From Actinomycetota bacterium (GTDB taxonomy: Bacteria; Actinomycetota; UBA4738; CALAEC01): a stretch of DNA of 64,000 bases. The translations under genes and the position numbers were made by a program. Position 1 is the stretch's first letter, and each line of letters opens with the position of its first letter. The notes under the pieces were generated by a model, which worked only from the letters and a program-made list of their open reading frames with translations, was not told the origin of the DNA and searched no databases. The stretch lies in the NCBI GenBank assembly GCA_050692555.1, contig JBOGVS010000011.1:8241-72240 (forward strand). Reading direction: 5' to 3'. Of the stretch, positions 34,880 to 46,044 are shown piece after piece.

Positions 34880-36066
34880 GTCGGGCCGCTCCCGGCCGTC
34901 ACCTCGACCCGCTCGGCTCGGCTCGCCGACCACGGCCGTCCGGCATCGACGTCGGGCTCCCGGGGAAGGCCGAGGGCCCGCTCGGCGATGATGTTCCGCA
35001 GGACCTCGGTGGTCCCGCCCCCCACCGTGAGCGCCGGGCTGAACAGGAACCCCTGCGTCCACCACCCCGTTGCTGAGCCCAGGGGTCCGGCCTCCTGGAG
35101 CATCCCGGCCGTCCCGGCCAGGTCCCTGGCCAGGCGGAACACGTCCTGGCCGTGGGGATCGTTGAGAGCCTTGAGGATCGCGGCGCTCGACTCCGCGGGG
35201 GTCCCCTGGATCTTCCGGGCCACGTTCAGCAGGCCGTAGATCCGGCAGATCTCGCCGTCGATGTACAGCTGGGCCACCCGCTGGCGCATGGCGGGGTCCG
35301 GGGCGCCGCCCTGCTCGCGGACCACGTCCGCCAGGTCCCGGGCGGTGGGTCCCCAGCCCCACTGGGCGCCGTCCCGAGACAACGTGACCCGCTCGTTGGC
35401 CAGGGTCTCCTTGGCCAGTACCCACCCGCGGTTCTCCTCGCCGATCAGGTTCTCCGCGGGGAGCCGGACGTCGGAGAAGAACACGTCGTTGAAGCTGTGC
35501 CAGCCGGTCATGTCCACGATCGGCCGGACCTCGACCCCCGGGAGGTCCATCGGGATGATGAAGTAGGACAGGCCCTCGTGTTTGGGGGCCTCGGGGTTCG
35601 TGCGGGCCAGGAGGATGCCGAACCTGGCCAGGTGGCCCAGCGACGTCCAGGTCTTCTGGCCGGTCACCACGTACTCATCACCTTCGCGCCTGGCCCGGGT
35701 GGCCACCGCGGCGAGGTCGGAGCCCGCCTCCGGCTCGGAGAACAGCTGGCACCAGATCTCCTCGCCGGAGAGCATCGGCGGCAGGTATCGGTCCTTCTGC
35801 TCCTCGGTCCCGTGCATCAGCAGGATGGGGCCGCAGTGTCCGGTGCCGACCGGGTTGATGGGCCGGCGCACGTCGGCGCGGCGGAGCTCGTCCTCGATCA
35901 CCAGCTGGAGCATGGGGTCAGCGTCGAGACCCCAGGGCCGGGGCCAGTGGGGAACGATATAGCCGGCCTCGGCGAGGTCCTGGCCGGTGGGGTCGGGGTG
36001 CTCCTCGAGCCACTTCCGCACTTCCTGGCGGCGGGGGTCGTCGTCGGCAGGCAGCTCGACGAACAT
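34876..36066 (-). CDS. acyl-CoA dehydrogenase
   Basis: 396 aa; LFSEPEAGSDLAAVATRARREGDEYVVTGQKTW...GGGTTEVLRNIIAERALG. Confidence 0.9.
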   Translation of the reverse strand: MFVELPADDDPRRQEVRKWLEEHPDPTGQDLAEAGYIVPHWPRPWGLDADPMLQLVIEDELRRADVRRPINPVGTGHCGPILLMHGTEEQKDRYLPPMLSGEEIWCQLFSEPEAGSDLAAVATRARREGDEYVVTGQKTWTSLGHLARFGILLARTNPEAPKHEGLSYFIIPMDLPGVEVRPIVDMTGWHSFNDVFFSDVRLPAENLIGEENRGWVLAKETLANERVTLSRDGAQWGWGPTARDLADVVREQGGAPDPAMRQRVAQLYIDGEICRIYGLLNVARKIQGTPAESSAAILKALNDPHGQDVFRLARDLAGTAGMLQEAGPLGSATGWWTQGFLFSPALTVGGGTTEVLRNIIAERALGLPREPDVDAGRPWSASRAERVEVTAGSGPT

Positions 36067-36098
36067 GAACCGGCAGTCTAGTCCGGGGCCTCAGGAAT

Positions 36099-36112
36099 TG
36101 CAACAGGTTCTA
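36099..36112. promoter_or_regulatory. degenerate KstR-type operator TGCAACAGGTTCTA
   Basis: Matches TnnAACnnGTTnnA. Lies between divergent fadE (–) and kstR-like (+) starts, consistent with autoregulation. Confidence 0.5.
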
Positions 36113-36133
36113 GATTCGGGTACCGTGCCGGTG

Positions 36134-36757
36134 ATGGCGGAAGCGAACAGGCTCACCCCCAAACAGGAAGCCCGGCGCCGGCGGGTCATCGAGGCCGCCG
36201 CTCAGCTGGCCTCCGAGGGCGGGTACGACGCCGTGCAGATGCGCGACGTGGCCACTCGAGCCGACGTGGCCCTGGGCACCGTGTACCGGTACTTCTCCTC
36301 CAAGGACCAGCTCCTGGTGGAGTGCCTGTGGCAGGTGGCCCACCAGCTCCAACAGGACCTGGCCGGGCGGCCACCCAAGGGAGAGTCCACCGCCGACCGG
36401 GTGGTGGAGGTCATCCGCCGAGCCACCCGGGCCCTGGAAGCCGATCCCAAGGTCGCCTCGGCGCTGGTGACCGCGCTCGCGTCGCTGTCGTCGGAGGACC
36501 CCGCCGGCCTGGAATCCGCACAGGCGGTCTACGCCATCGTCAGCGACATGTTCACCGAGGCCATGGACGGCGGCGACCACCCCGACCGGGAAGCGGTGAT
36601 CCGCACGCTCGGCCACGTGTGGCTGGCCGCCCTGATCACCTGGGTCCGCGGCTGGTCGACCAAGAACGAGATGTGGAGGGACCTGGAGGCCGCGGTTCGG
36701 CTGCTGCTCCCGGCGGGGGAGAAGGCCACCCGCTCCCTGGCCAAGGCCCGGGCGTGA
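36134..36757 (+). CDS. kstR: TetR-family transcriptional regulator, KstR-like
   Basis: HTH region AAAQLASEGGYDAVQMRDVATRADVALGTVYRYFSSKDQLLVE, as remembered for KstR-type repressors. The symbol is inferred from this and from the surrounding KstR-type boxes. Confidence 0.7.
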   Translation: MAEANRLTPKQEARRRRVIEAAAQLASEGGYDAVQMRDVATRADVALGTVYRYFSSKDQLLVECLWQVAHQLQQDLAGRPPKGESTADRVVEVIRRATRALEADPKVASALVTALASLSSEDPAGLESAQAVYAIVSDMFTEAMDGGDHPDREAVIRTLGHVWLAALITWVRGWSTKNEMWRDLEAAVRLLLPAGEKATRSLAKARA

Positions 36758-37659
36758 CCCCCGCCGGCGAGCGACCTCTCGAGGGCAAGGTGGCCGTGGT
36801 CACCGGGGCCGGACGCGGGCTGGGAAGGGCCGAAGCACTCCAGCTTGCCGGGCTCGGCGCCCGGGTGGTGGTCAACGACTTCGGGGTGGCCCTGGACGGC
36901 GCGGAGCCCCAGGACCAGCCGGCTCAGCAGGTGGTCGACGAGATCGCCGCGGCCGGCGGAGAGGCCGTGGCCCACGTCGGCGACGTGGCCGACTGGGACG
37001 AGTCGCGAAGCCTCATCGAGCTGGCCCGGGAGACGTTCGGCGACCTCCATGTTCTGGTCAACAACGCTGGCATCCTTCGCGATCGCATGGTGTTCAACAT
37101 GGCCGAGGAGGAATGGGACGCGGTGATCCGCGTCCACCTCAAGGGCCATTTCTCCACCACGCGATGGGCCACCGAGTACTGGCGGGGCCGGTCGAAGTCG
37201 GAGGGCGGCCCGGTCTACGGCCGCATCGTGAACACCTCGTCGGAGGCGTTCCTGTTCGGGTCTCCCGGGCAGCCGAACTACGCGGCGGCCAAGGCGGGGA
37301 TCGTCGCGCTGACCCTGGCCACCGCCCAGTCCTGTTACGGGTACGGGGTGACCGCCAACGCCATCTGTCCACGGGCGCGCACCAGGATGACCGAGGCCAT
37401 GGGGCTCGACGCGGACATGTTCGCCCCGGAGAACGTGGCTCCCCTGGTCGGATACCTGGCCTCCCCCGCGGCCGAGCGAGTATCCGGGCAGGTGTTCGTG
37501 GTGTACGACGGCACCGTCCAGGTCGTGGAAGGGCCGGCCATCGGCGAGCGGTTCGACACCGAAGGCCGATGGACCGCGGAGGGGCTGGAGGAAGCCCTGG
37601 GACCGCTGTTCGACAAGCGGGAGCCGGTCACCGACGGCTACGTGATGCCGTTCGCCTAA
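36754..37659 (+). CDS. SDR family oxidoreductase (Hsd4A N-domain/FabG-like)
   Basis: GTG start overlapping the kstR stop (GTGA); TGAGRGLGRAEA, NNAG, YAAAKAG. Confidence 0.85.
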   Translation: MTPAGERPLEGKVAVVTGAGRGLGRAEALQLAGLGARVVVNDFGVALDGAEPQDQPAQQVVDEIAAAGGEAVAHVGDVADWDESRSLIELARETFGDLHVLVNNAGILRDRMVFNMAEEEWDAVIRVHLKGHFSTTRWATEYWRGRSKSEGGPVYGRIVNTSSEAFLFGSPGQPNYAAAKAGIVALTLATAQSCYGYGVTANAICPRARTRMTEAMGLDADMFAPENVAPLVGYLASPAAERVSGQVFVVYDGTVQVVEGPAIGERFDTEGRWTAEGLEEALGPLFDKREPVTDGYVMPFA

Positions 37660-37671
37660 CGAGGAGGAAGC

Positions 37672-39150
37672 ATGGCCGACAGCGTGATCACCGTCCGCAG
37701 CGAGGACCGGATGCTGATCGACGGACGCATGGTCGAGGCGGAGTCCGGAAAGACCTTCGAGAACGAAGATCCCGCCACCGAAGAGGTCATCGGCACGGCC
37801 GCCGATGCCTCTCCCCAGGATGCCGCCCGGGCCGTGGCCGCCGCCAGGAAGGCGTTCGACGAGACGTCCTGGTCCACCGACCACGCCCTCCGGAAACGGT
37901 CCTTGGAGCAGCTCCGGGCCGCGCTCGAGGAGGCCAAGGAGGAGCTCCGGGCCACGATCGTGGCCGAGGCCGGCTCCCCCATCCTGCTGACCTACACCGT
38001 CCAGCTCGACTACCCCGTCGAGTGGCTGTCGCACTGGGCGGACCTCGCGGAGAGCTACGAGTACGAACGGCCGCTGCCCGAGATCGAGAGCTTCGGGGGC
38101 AAGCACCGGGGATCGCTCCTGGCCGAGCCCGTCGGGGTGGTCGCCGCCATCACCCCGTTCAACTTCCCCCTATACCTGAACCTGGCCAAGCTAGGGCCGG
38201 CCCTGGCGGCCGGCTGCACGGTGATCCTCAAGCCGTCCCCCTACACGCCGTGGGCGGCCACGATCATGGGACGGCTGGTGGCCGAGAAGACGGACATCCC
38301 TCCGGGGGTGGTGAACGTGGTGACCTCGTCCGATCCCGCCACCGCCGAGGCGCTGACCACCGACCCCCGAGTGGACATGGTCAGCTTCACCGGCTCCACG
38401 GCGACGGGCCGGAAGATCATGGCCGCCGCCGCGGAGACCGTGAAGAAGGTGCAGCTGGAGCTGGGCGGGAAGTCGGCCAACATCGTCCTCGACGACGCCG
38501 ACCTGATGACCGCCCTGCCACTGGCCGCCGGGTGGGTGTGCGCCCACTCCGGGCAGGGGTGCGGGATCTACTCCCGCCTGCTCCTCCCCCGCGAGCGGTA
38601 CGACGAGGGCGTGGCCCTGATGGAGATGGCCTTCCAGAACATGGCCGTTGGCGACCCGAAGGACCCGGCCACGCTCCAGGGCCCACAGATCAGCGCGGCC
38701 CAGCGGGACCGGGTGCTGGACTACGTCGCCAAGGGGAAGGAAGAAGGAGCGCGCCTGGTGTCGGGCGGGGGGATCCCCGAGAATCTGGAGCGGGGCTACT
38801 ACGTGCAGCCAACGCTGTTCGCCGACGTTGACCCCGGCTCCACGATCGCCAGGGAGGAGATCTTCGGGCCGGTCCTCTGCGTGATCCCGTTCGATGATCA
38901 GGACGACGCGGTCCGCATCGCCAACGACTCCATTTTTGGGCTCACCGGCAACGTGTGGAGCGCCTCGGAGGAGCGAGGCCTCGACGTGGCCCGGCGGATC
39001 CGGGCCGGGTCCATGTCGGTCAACGGAGCTCAGTGGCTCGACCGCACCCGTCCGTTCGGTGGCTACAAGCAGAGTGGGATCGGCCGGGAGAACGGCGTCA
39101 AGGGTTTCGAGGAGTTCCTCGAGACCAAGGTCCTGGCCCTCCCAGGCTGA
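37672..39150 (+). CDS. aldehyde dehydrogenase family protein
   Basis: 492 aa; ELGGKSANIV, catalytic Cys region GQGCGIYSRLL, FGPVL. Confidence 0.9.
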   Translation: MADSVITVRSEDRMLIDGRMVEAESGKTFENEDPATEEVIGTAADASPQDAARAVAAARKAFDETSWSTDHALRKRSLEQLRAALEEAKEELRATIVAEAGSPILLTYTVQLDYPVEWLSHWADLAESYEYERPLPEIESFGGKHRGSLLAEPVGVVAAITPFNFPLYLNLAKLGPALAAGCTVILKPSPYTPWAATIMGRLVAEKTDIPPGVVNVVTSSDPATAEALTTDPRVDMVSFTGSTATGRKIMAAAAETVKKVQLELGGKSANIVLDDADLMTALPLAAGWVCAHSGQGCGIYSRLLLPRERYDEGVALMEMAFQNMAVGDPKDPATLQGPQISAAQRDRVLDYVAKGKEEGARLVSGGGIPENLERGYYVQPTLFADVDPGSTIAREEIFGPVLCVIPFDDQDDAVRIANDSIFGLTGNVWSASEERGLDVARRIRAGSMSVNGAQWLDRTRPFGGYKQSGIGRENGVKGFEEFLETKVLALPG

Positions 39151-39152
39151 TC

Positions 39153-40166
39153 ATGGCCGACCCGCTCCGCCTCGGACTGGCCCTCGGCTACTGGGGCGCC
39201 GAGCCGACCCCCGGGTTCGTCGACCTGGCCCTGGAGGCCGAGCGCCTGGGCTACGAGTCCGTGTGGACCGCGGAGGCCTACGGGTCCGACGTGTTCACCC
39301 CCCTGTGCTGGATCGGGGCGCGGACCACCAAGATCAAGCTGGGGTCGGGGCTGGCCCAGATCTCCGCACGGACCCCCGCCTCCCTGGCCATGACCGCGGC
39401 CACCATCGATCACCTGTCGGAGGGCCGGCTGATCCTGGGCCTGGGAGTCTCCGGGCCGCAGGTGGTGGAGGGATGGTACGGGCAGCCGTTCCCCAAGCCG
39501 CTGGCCCGAGCTAGGGAGTACGTGGAGATCGTCCGGGCCATCCTTCGCCGGGAGGGACCGGTGGTCCACGAGGGCGAGCACTATCCGCTTCCCTACCCGG
39601 GCGGGACCGGTTTGGGCAAGCCGCTGAAGATCACCGTCCATCCGCTGCGGGCCGACATCCCCATCTACCTGGGCGCCCAGGGGCCCAAGAACGTCGCGCT
39701 GGCCACGGAGATCGCCGACGGGTGGGCGCCGATGTTCTTCTCCCCCTATCGCATCGAGCGCTACGAGGAGGCCCTGGCCGGCGCACCCGAGGGCTTCGAG
39801 GTGGCCTGCGTGGCCACGGTGGTGCTGGGCGACGACGTGGCCGAGGCCCTGATCCCGGTGAAGTGGGCCATGGCCTTCTACATCGGAGGGATGGGCGCGC
39901 CGGGGATGAACTTCCACCTCGACGTGGTGGCCAACATGGGGTTCGCCGAGGAAGCCCGGCGGGTGGCGGAGCTGTTCCGGGATGGGAAGCGGGAAGAGGC
40001 GGCCATGGCGGTCCCAGACGAGCTGGCCGACGAGATCTCGCTCGTCGGGCCCGAGAGCCGGATCCGGGAGCGGCTGGAGGCCTGGATCAAGAGCCCCGTC
40101 ACCCAGCTGCTGGCGGGGACCGGGGACCCGGCGGCCCTGCGGGTCCTGGCCGACGCGCTGTGGTGA
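39153..40166 (+). CDS. LLM-class (luciferase-like) flavin/F420-dependent oxidoreductase
   Basis: TIM-barrel LLM motifs; ...ESVWTAEAYGSDVFTPLCWIGARTTKIKLGSGLAQI... Confidence 0.8.
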   Translation: MADPLRLGLALGYWGAEPTPGFVDLALEAERLGYESVWTAEAYGSDVFTPLCWIGARTTKIKLGSGLAQISARTPASLAMTAATIDHLSEGRLILGLGVSGPQVVEGWYGQPFPKPLARAREYVEIVRAILRREGPVVHEGEHYPLPYPGGTGLGKPLKITVHPLRADIPIYLGAQGPKNVALATEIADGWAPMFFSPYRIERYEEALAGAPEGFEVACVATVVLGDDVAEALIPVKWAMAFYIGGMGAPGMNFHLDVVANMGFAEEARRVAELFRDGKREEAAMAVPDELADEISLVGPESRIRERLEAWIKSPVTQLLAGTGDPAALRVLADALW

Positions 40167-41348
<1,182 letters not shown>

Positions 41349-41434
41349 AGGGGGGCAGGGTCCCTCGTGAGTGTGGTCGGGATCATGTCCAGGTGGTCGG
41401 GATCCTGACCACCCCTGCGGAGCACCCCGCCACC

Positions 41435-41809
41435 ATGTCCTCACGCGGTGGTATCCACCTTCCGGTGGATGACCCCGACCGGGAGCTGGCGGCCATCTTC
41501 GGGCACCCGATCACGCGGACGCCCAAGCCGACCGACCGCGCCCTGGACGAGATCCTGGCCAGCCGGACCCATGTCCGGGTCCTCAGGACGCTGGCGGCCC
41601 TCGACCAGGAGCTCAATCTCACCGCCCGGGATGTGGCTCGCCGAGCCGGAGCTTCACATGGACGGGTCATGGAGGTGTTGCGGCAACTGGAGTCGCTCGG
41701 CGTGGTCACCACTCACTGGGCCCCAACTCATGCCGTGCATCGCCTGAACGTCGAGCACCCGTTGCACGCAGCTCTGCGCTCCTTGTTCGACGCGGAGCGG
41801 GAACTCTAG
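41435..41809 (+). CDS. winged-helix DNA-binding protein (MarR/ArsR-like transcriptional regulator), hypothetical
   Basis: 124 aa; RVLRTLAALDQELNLTARDVARRAGASHGRVMEVLRQLESLGVV is HTH-like. Preceded by a 22-bp palindrome. Confidence 0.5.
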   Translation: MSSRGGIHLPVDDPDRELAAIFGHPITRTPKPTDRALDEILASRTHVRVLRTLAALDQELNLTARDVARRAGASHGRVMEVLRQLESLGVVTTHWAPTHAVHRLNVEHPLHAALRSLFDAEREL

Positions 41810-42925
41810 GTGGCCCTGGAGGTCGGCGCCCCGGGGACCGTCGGTCCTCCAGTAGAGGGCCTCCTCAAGACCGCCCGGCGCAATGAAGAGAAGGGCTACG
41901 ACGCCATCTGGTGGCCCGACCACTGGATGGGGTGGTTTCCCGACTCCATGTGGACTCCCGACGTGAGCCCCCTTGCGCAGTACTCACCCAATCCCCACAT
42001 CCACCTCGACCCGGTGGCCGCCATCGCCGCGGTGGGGGTGCACACGGATCGGATCCGGTTGGGCACCTCGGTGACCGAGCCCATCCGGCGCCACCCCGCG
42101 ATGCTGGCCAACGAGTGGCTGACGCTCGATCACCTGACCCGGGGACGAGCGATCCTGGGGATCGGGGCCGGCGAAGCGGAGAACATCACCCCATACGGGA
42201 TGGACTTCTCCAAGCCAGCGTCACGGTTCGAAGAGGCCCTGGCGATCATCCGCCTCCTGTGGGAGAGCGACGGGCCCGTGGACTTCGACGGCGACCGATG
42301 GACGCTGCGCGACGCCGTCCAGGGTCTCGGTCCGTACGAGGCCGGCCGGTACCCGCCGATCTGGACCGGGGCCCGTGGACCCCGGATGCTCGACATCACC
42401 GGGCATCTCGCCGACGGATGGCTCCCGTGGTACATGCCGATCGACGAGTTCACCTCCGGGCTGGAACGGATACGCGCAGCGGCCACGAGCGCGGGCCGGG
42501 ACCCCCAGGCGATCACTCCTGCGATGTGGTGCTACGTGGTGACCGACGAGGACCACGAGGAGACGCACCGGCTCCTAGGCCATCGCCTGCCCAAGTCCAA
42601 CCTCCTGATCCTGCCCAGCGAGGCGTACGATGAGGCCGGATACATGCATCCGCTGGGCCCCGGGTTCGACGGGATCCGCGACTACATACCCACCCGATAC
42701 GGGAGGGAGGAGATCCTGTCCGCCATCGACGCCATCCCCGAGGAGTTCGCCCACGACCGAACCCTCCATGGCACACCCGATGAGCTGGTGAAGGTGGCTC
42801 GGGAGTACGAGGCCGCCGGCCTTCGGCACATCGTGCTGTGGAACATGACGTTCTTCGCCGACACGTCCCTGGTGCGGCAGAGCTTCGCACTGATCGACGA
42901 GGTCGCAGCCGCCCTGAAACGCTAG
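41810..42925 (+). CDS. LLM-class flavin/F420-dependent oxidoreductase
   Basis: 371 aa luciferase-like TIM barrel (…IRLGTSVTEPIRRHPAMLANEWLTLDHLTRGRAILGIGAGE…). Confidence 0.8.
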   Translation: MALEVGAPGTVGPPVEGLLKTARRNEEKGYDAIWWPDHWMGWFPDSMWTPDVSPLAQYSPNPHIHLDPVAAIAAVGVHTDRIRLGTSVTEPIRRHPAMLANEWLTLDHLTRGRAILGIGAGEAENITPYGMDFSKPASRFEEALAIIRLLWESDGPVDFDGDRWTLRDAVQGLGPYEAGRYPPIWTGARGPRMLDITGHLADGWLPWYMPIDEFTSGLERIRAAATSAGRDPQAITPAMWCYVVTDEDHEETHRLLGHRLPKSNLLILPSEAYDEAGYMHPLGPGFDGIRDYIPTRYGREEILSAIDAIPEEFAHDRTLHGTPDELVKVAREYEAAGLRHIVLWNMTFFADTSLVRQSFALIDEVAAALKR

Positions 42926-42929
42926 GCGG

Positions 42930-43997
42930 TCAGGCGAACAGCCCGCGGCCGATCACCGTGGGGATGTCCAGGGCGGTGAGCAGGCCGGGCGGCGCCGCGA
43001 CCACGGCGGGGATGGCGTTCACCAACCGCATGGCCGTGGCCTTCAGCCCCGCGGTGTTGTGGTCGCCGTCGGTGCCCAGGAGCTGGAGGTCCAGGGTGTA
43101 GTTGGGCTCCCCGGTGACCTTGACCCGGTAGCATCCCTGCCCCACGGGCTGGGGCCACTCGGGGGCCAGGTCGTCGCGAAGCCGGGTGACGTGCTCGAGC
43201 ACCGTGACCGGGCGGCCATCCTTCATCCCTCGGACCTCGAACCGGAGGGCCGCCGCCGTTCCCTCCTCGATGGTCCCGGAGTCGATCTCGAACTTCTCCG
43301 GCGCCGGCCGCCGCTCGTACCACTCCTCTGTTCCGTCGAGCTCGATCCCCAGGCCCGCTGCCAGCCCCCGAACCACGCCGCCCCACGCCAGCGTGAGGAT
43401 CCCCGGTTGGAGCAGCATGGGGATGTCAGCGACCGGCTTGCCGAATCCCATGATGTCGAAGATGACCATGGGCTGGTCGTAGGTGGCGTAGTTGAGGATC
43501 TCCATGCACCGGACCTCCTCGATCCGCTCGGAGATCCCCGTCAGCACCAGGGCCAGGGCGTCGTTGGCGAACCCGGGGTCGATGCCGTTGACCCACAGCG
43601 ACGCACCACCCTCGGCCGCGGCGTCTCGTACCCCTTGCACCATGTCCGGAGGGGCCACCCCGTCGGGGAAGTGGAGGAGCACTGGGCTGCTGGACACCAC
43701 GTTGATCCCGGCGCGGAGGAACCGCTTGAGGTCCTCGACCGCTTCGAACAGCCGGTCGTCGGCCATGGCCGTGTGCACGATGCAATCGGGACGGAGGGCC
43801 AGCAGAGCATCCGCGTCGTCCGAGGCCTTGATCCCCAGGTCGCGTCCCAGGCCGGCCAGCTCCCCCGCGTCCCGCCCCACCTTGTCGGGGTTGGACACCC
43901 ACACCCCGATCAGCTCCAGTTCCGGCCGGGCGTCGATCCCGGCGATGGCGTGCCGGCCCACGTGGCCGGTGCTCCACTCCACCACCCGGTACGTCAC
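42930..43997 (-). CDS. DapB-like NAD(P)-binding oxidoreductase (dihydrodipicolinate reductase N-domain family / amine dehydrogenase-like)
   Basis: Start VTYRVVEWSTGHVGRHAI (Rossmann); ~355 aa. Confidence 0.7.
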   Translation of the reverse strand: MTYRVVEWSTGHVGRHAIAGIDARPELELIGVWVSNPDKVGRDAGELAGLGRDLGIKASDDADALLALRPDCIVHTAMADDRLFEAVEDLKRFLRAGINVVSSSPVLLHFPDGVAPPDMVQGVRDAAAEGGASLWVNGIDPGFANDALALVLTGISERIEEVRCMEILNYATYDQPMVIFDIMGFGKPVADIPMLLQPGILTLAWGGVVRGLAAGLGIELDGTEEWYERRPAPEKFEIDSGTIEEGTAAALRFEVRGMKDGRPVTVLEHVTRLRDDLAPEWPQPVGQGCYRVKVTGEPNYTLDLQLLGTDGDHNTAGLKATAMRLVNAIPAVVAAPPGLLTALDIPTVIGRGLFA

Positions 43998-44007
43998 GCG
44001 GCCCTCC

Positions 44008-44796
44008 TCATAGGTCCGGGATCCCGATCTCCAGGGTGGGCGCCTCGGTCCCTCCATCGACCTCCAGCACCTTCCCGGTGATGTACGCGCCGGCCGGTGA
44101 GGTGAGGAACAGCACGGCCGTGGCGATGTCCTCGGGCTCGCCGATCCGCTTCAGCGGCGTGGCCGCCTCCATCCGAGTGCGGAGCTCCTCTTCGGTGAGC
44201 ACCAGCTCCAGCGCCGAGGTGGCCACCGACCCGACGGCGATGGCGTTCACCCTGATCCGGGGCGCGAGGTCCCGAGCCGCCAGCCTGGTGTAGTGGGCCA
44301 GCGCGGCCTTGGCCGTTCCGTAGCCCAGGTATCCGCGCCCGGTGACCCGGCCCATCACCGAGGAGATGTTCACCACCGCCCCCCCGTCGTTCTCCACCAT
44401 GATCGGGGCCGCGGCCTGGGTGAGGGCGTGGGCGGTGCCCACGTTGAACCGGAAGGCCTGCTCCAGCGTCTTGGGTGAGGTGTCCATGAACGGGGCGGGC
44501 ATCCACCCGCCCACGTTGTTGACCACAACATCGACCCGGCCGAACGCGTCCTTCGCCGTCTCCGCCAGTCCGGCCACCGCGTCGAGGTCGCTGAGGTCGG
44601 CGGGGACCACCACGGCCCGGCGACCGACCTCCTCCACCCGGTTGGCGACCTCCTTGAGCTGTTCCTCGGTGCGAGAGGAGATCACCACGTCCGCTCCGGC
44701 CTCGGCCAGGGCGATGGCGATGGCGGCGCCGATCCCCCGGCCCGCGCCGGTGATGACGGCGACTCGGTCGGTGAGCTGGAAGCGGTCGAGTATCAC
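44008..44796 (-). CDS. SDR family oxidoreductase
   Basis: [25 protein letters not shown]. Confidence 0.85.
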   Translation of the reverse strand: MILDRFQLTDRVAVITGAGRGIGAAIAIALAEAGADVVISSRTEEQLKEVANRVEEVGRRAVVVPADLSDLDAVAGLAETAKDAFGRVDVVVNNVGGWMPAPFMDTSPKTLEQAFRFNVGTAHALTQAAAPIMVENDGGAVVNISSVMGRVTGRGYLGYGTAKAALAHYTRLAARDLAPRIRVNAIAVGSVATSALELVLTEEELRTRMEAATPLKRIGEPEDIATAVLFLTSPAGAYITGKVLEVDGGTEAPTLEIGIPDL

Positions 44797-44800
44797 GCGG

Positions 44801-45925
44801 CTAGGCCGCGACGGCCGCGGCTTCCCGGAACTTCGTGGTGCGGTGCACCGGGTCGGGGTCGAGCTTGGGGATCACGTGCTTGCCGAACAGCCGGATCGAC
44901 TCCAGAGCCGCCTCGTGGGGCATGTCCACCGGCAGGCCGAACACGATCTGGTCGGCCCCGATGCTCTCGTACTTCTTGACCTGCTCCAGGACCTCGTCGG
45001 GGTCCCCACACAGGAGGTACCCCTCCTGGATCCGGAACTCCACCTCTTCGGGGGTGGGGTCGGGGAGGAGGCTGGGCCAGTCGGGGATGCCGGGGGGCTT
45101 GGGGAAGGTGTCGTGGTACCGGAACACCAGGCTCTGGAGGAGCCCGGAACCCATGTCCGCGGCCACCTCGCGGGCCCGCCTGCCATCCTCCAGGCAGACC
45201 ACGCTGTTGGTGATCATCACGTTGTCGTTCACGAAGTCGCCGATCGGCTCGGCTTCGGCGATGGCGTTCTTGTACGCCGAGACCATGGGCTCCATCTGCT
45301 TCGCGGCGGAGAAGTTGAACCCCAGGACGCCGAGGCCGTTGCGGGCGGCCTTCTCGTACGTCGGGGGGTTCCCGGCGGCCTGCCAGATCGCCGGGTGGGG
45401 CTTCTTCCACGGCTTGGGGAGGACGTTCCGGGTGGGGACCGAGAACGACTTCCCCTCGAAGCTGTACTCGGTCTCCCGCCACATCCGGGGGAACTCCTTC
45501 AGGACCTCGTCGAACATCGGCTTGGTGTCGTCGGTGGAGGGGATCCCGAACCCGGTGACCTCCAGGCTCCCCGCACCCCGGCCCACGCCGAACTCGTACC
45601 GGCCGTCCGACAGGTGGTCGAGGAGGGCCGCCCGCTCGGCCACCCGGACGGGGTGGTTCACCGGCGGGGAGATGTTGAAGATCGCCGAGCCCAGGTGGAT
45701 CCGCTCGGTGGCCGCCGCCAGGTAGCCCAGGAACACCTCGGACGCCGACAGGTGGGAGTACTCCTCCAGGAAGTGGTGCTCGGACACCCACACGTACTTG
45801 AACCCGGCCCTGTCGGCCTCCTTGGCCAGGGCGACGTCCTCGAGCAGCGTGGTGTGCTCATAGTCCGGGTCCTGCTGGAGCCGGCGCCGAGGTACGTGAC
45901 CCTGGAGGAAGATGCCGAACTCCAC
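44801..45925 (-). CDS. LLM-class flavin-dependent oxidoreductase (luciferase-like monooxygenase)
   Basis: 374 aa; [12 protein letters not shown]... typical LLM N-terminus. Confidence 0.85.
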   Translation of the reverse strand: MEFGIFLQGHVPRRRLQQDPDYEHTTLLEDVALAKEADRAGFKYVWVSEHHFLEEYSHLSASEVFLGYLAAATERIHLGSAIFNISPPVNHPVRVAERAALLDHLSDGRYEFGVGRGAGSLEVTGFGIPSTDDTKPMFDEVLKEFPRMWRETEYSFEGKSFSVPTRNVLPKPWKKPHPAIWQAAGNPPTYEKAARNGLGVLGFNFSAAKQMEPMVSAYKNAIAEAEPIGDFVNDNVMITNSVVCLEDGRRAREVAADMGSGLLQSLVFRYHDTFPKPPGIPDWPSLLPDPTPEEVEFRIQEGYLLCGDPDEVLEQVKKYESIGADQIVFGLPVDMPHEAALESIRLFGKHVIPKLDPDPVHRTTKFREAAAVAA

Positions 45926-45968
45926 GTGGCTCCCTTCGGATGGCTCGGAACGGTGCCAGCAGACTCTA

Positions 45969-45982
45969 TAGAACGTGTTTCA
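45969..45982. promoter_or_regulatory. KstR-type operator TAGAACGTGTTTCA
   Basis: Palindrome 44 bp upstream of the LLM operon start. Confidence 0.6.
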
Positions 45983-46044
45983 GTTTTTCAAGCCCGGCCC
46001 CCGAGGCGAGCGAGGTGTGGGCCCACCTGGACTGACCGAGCGGC

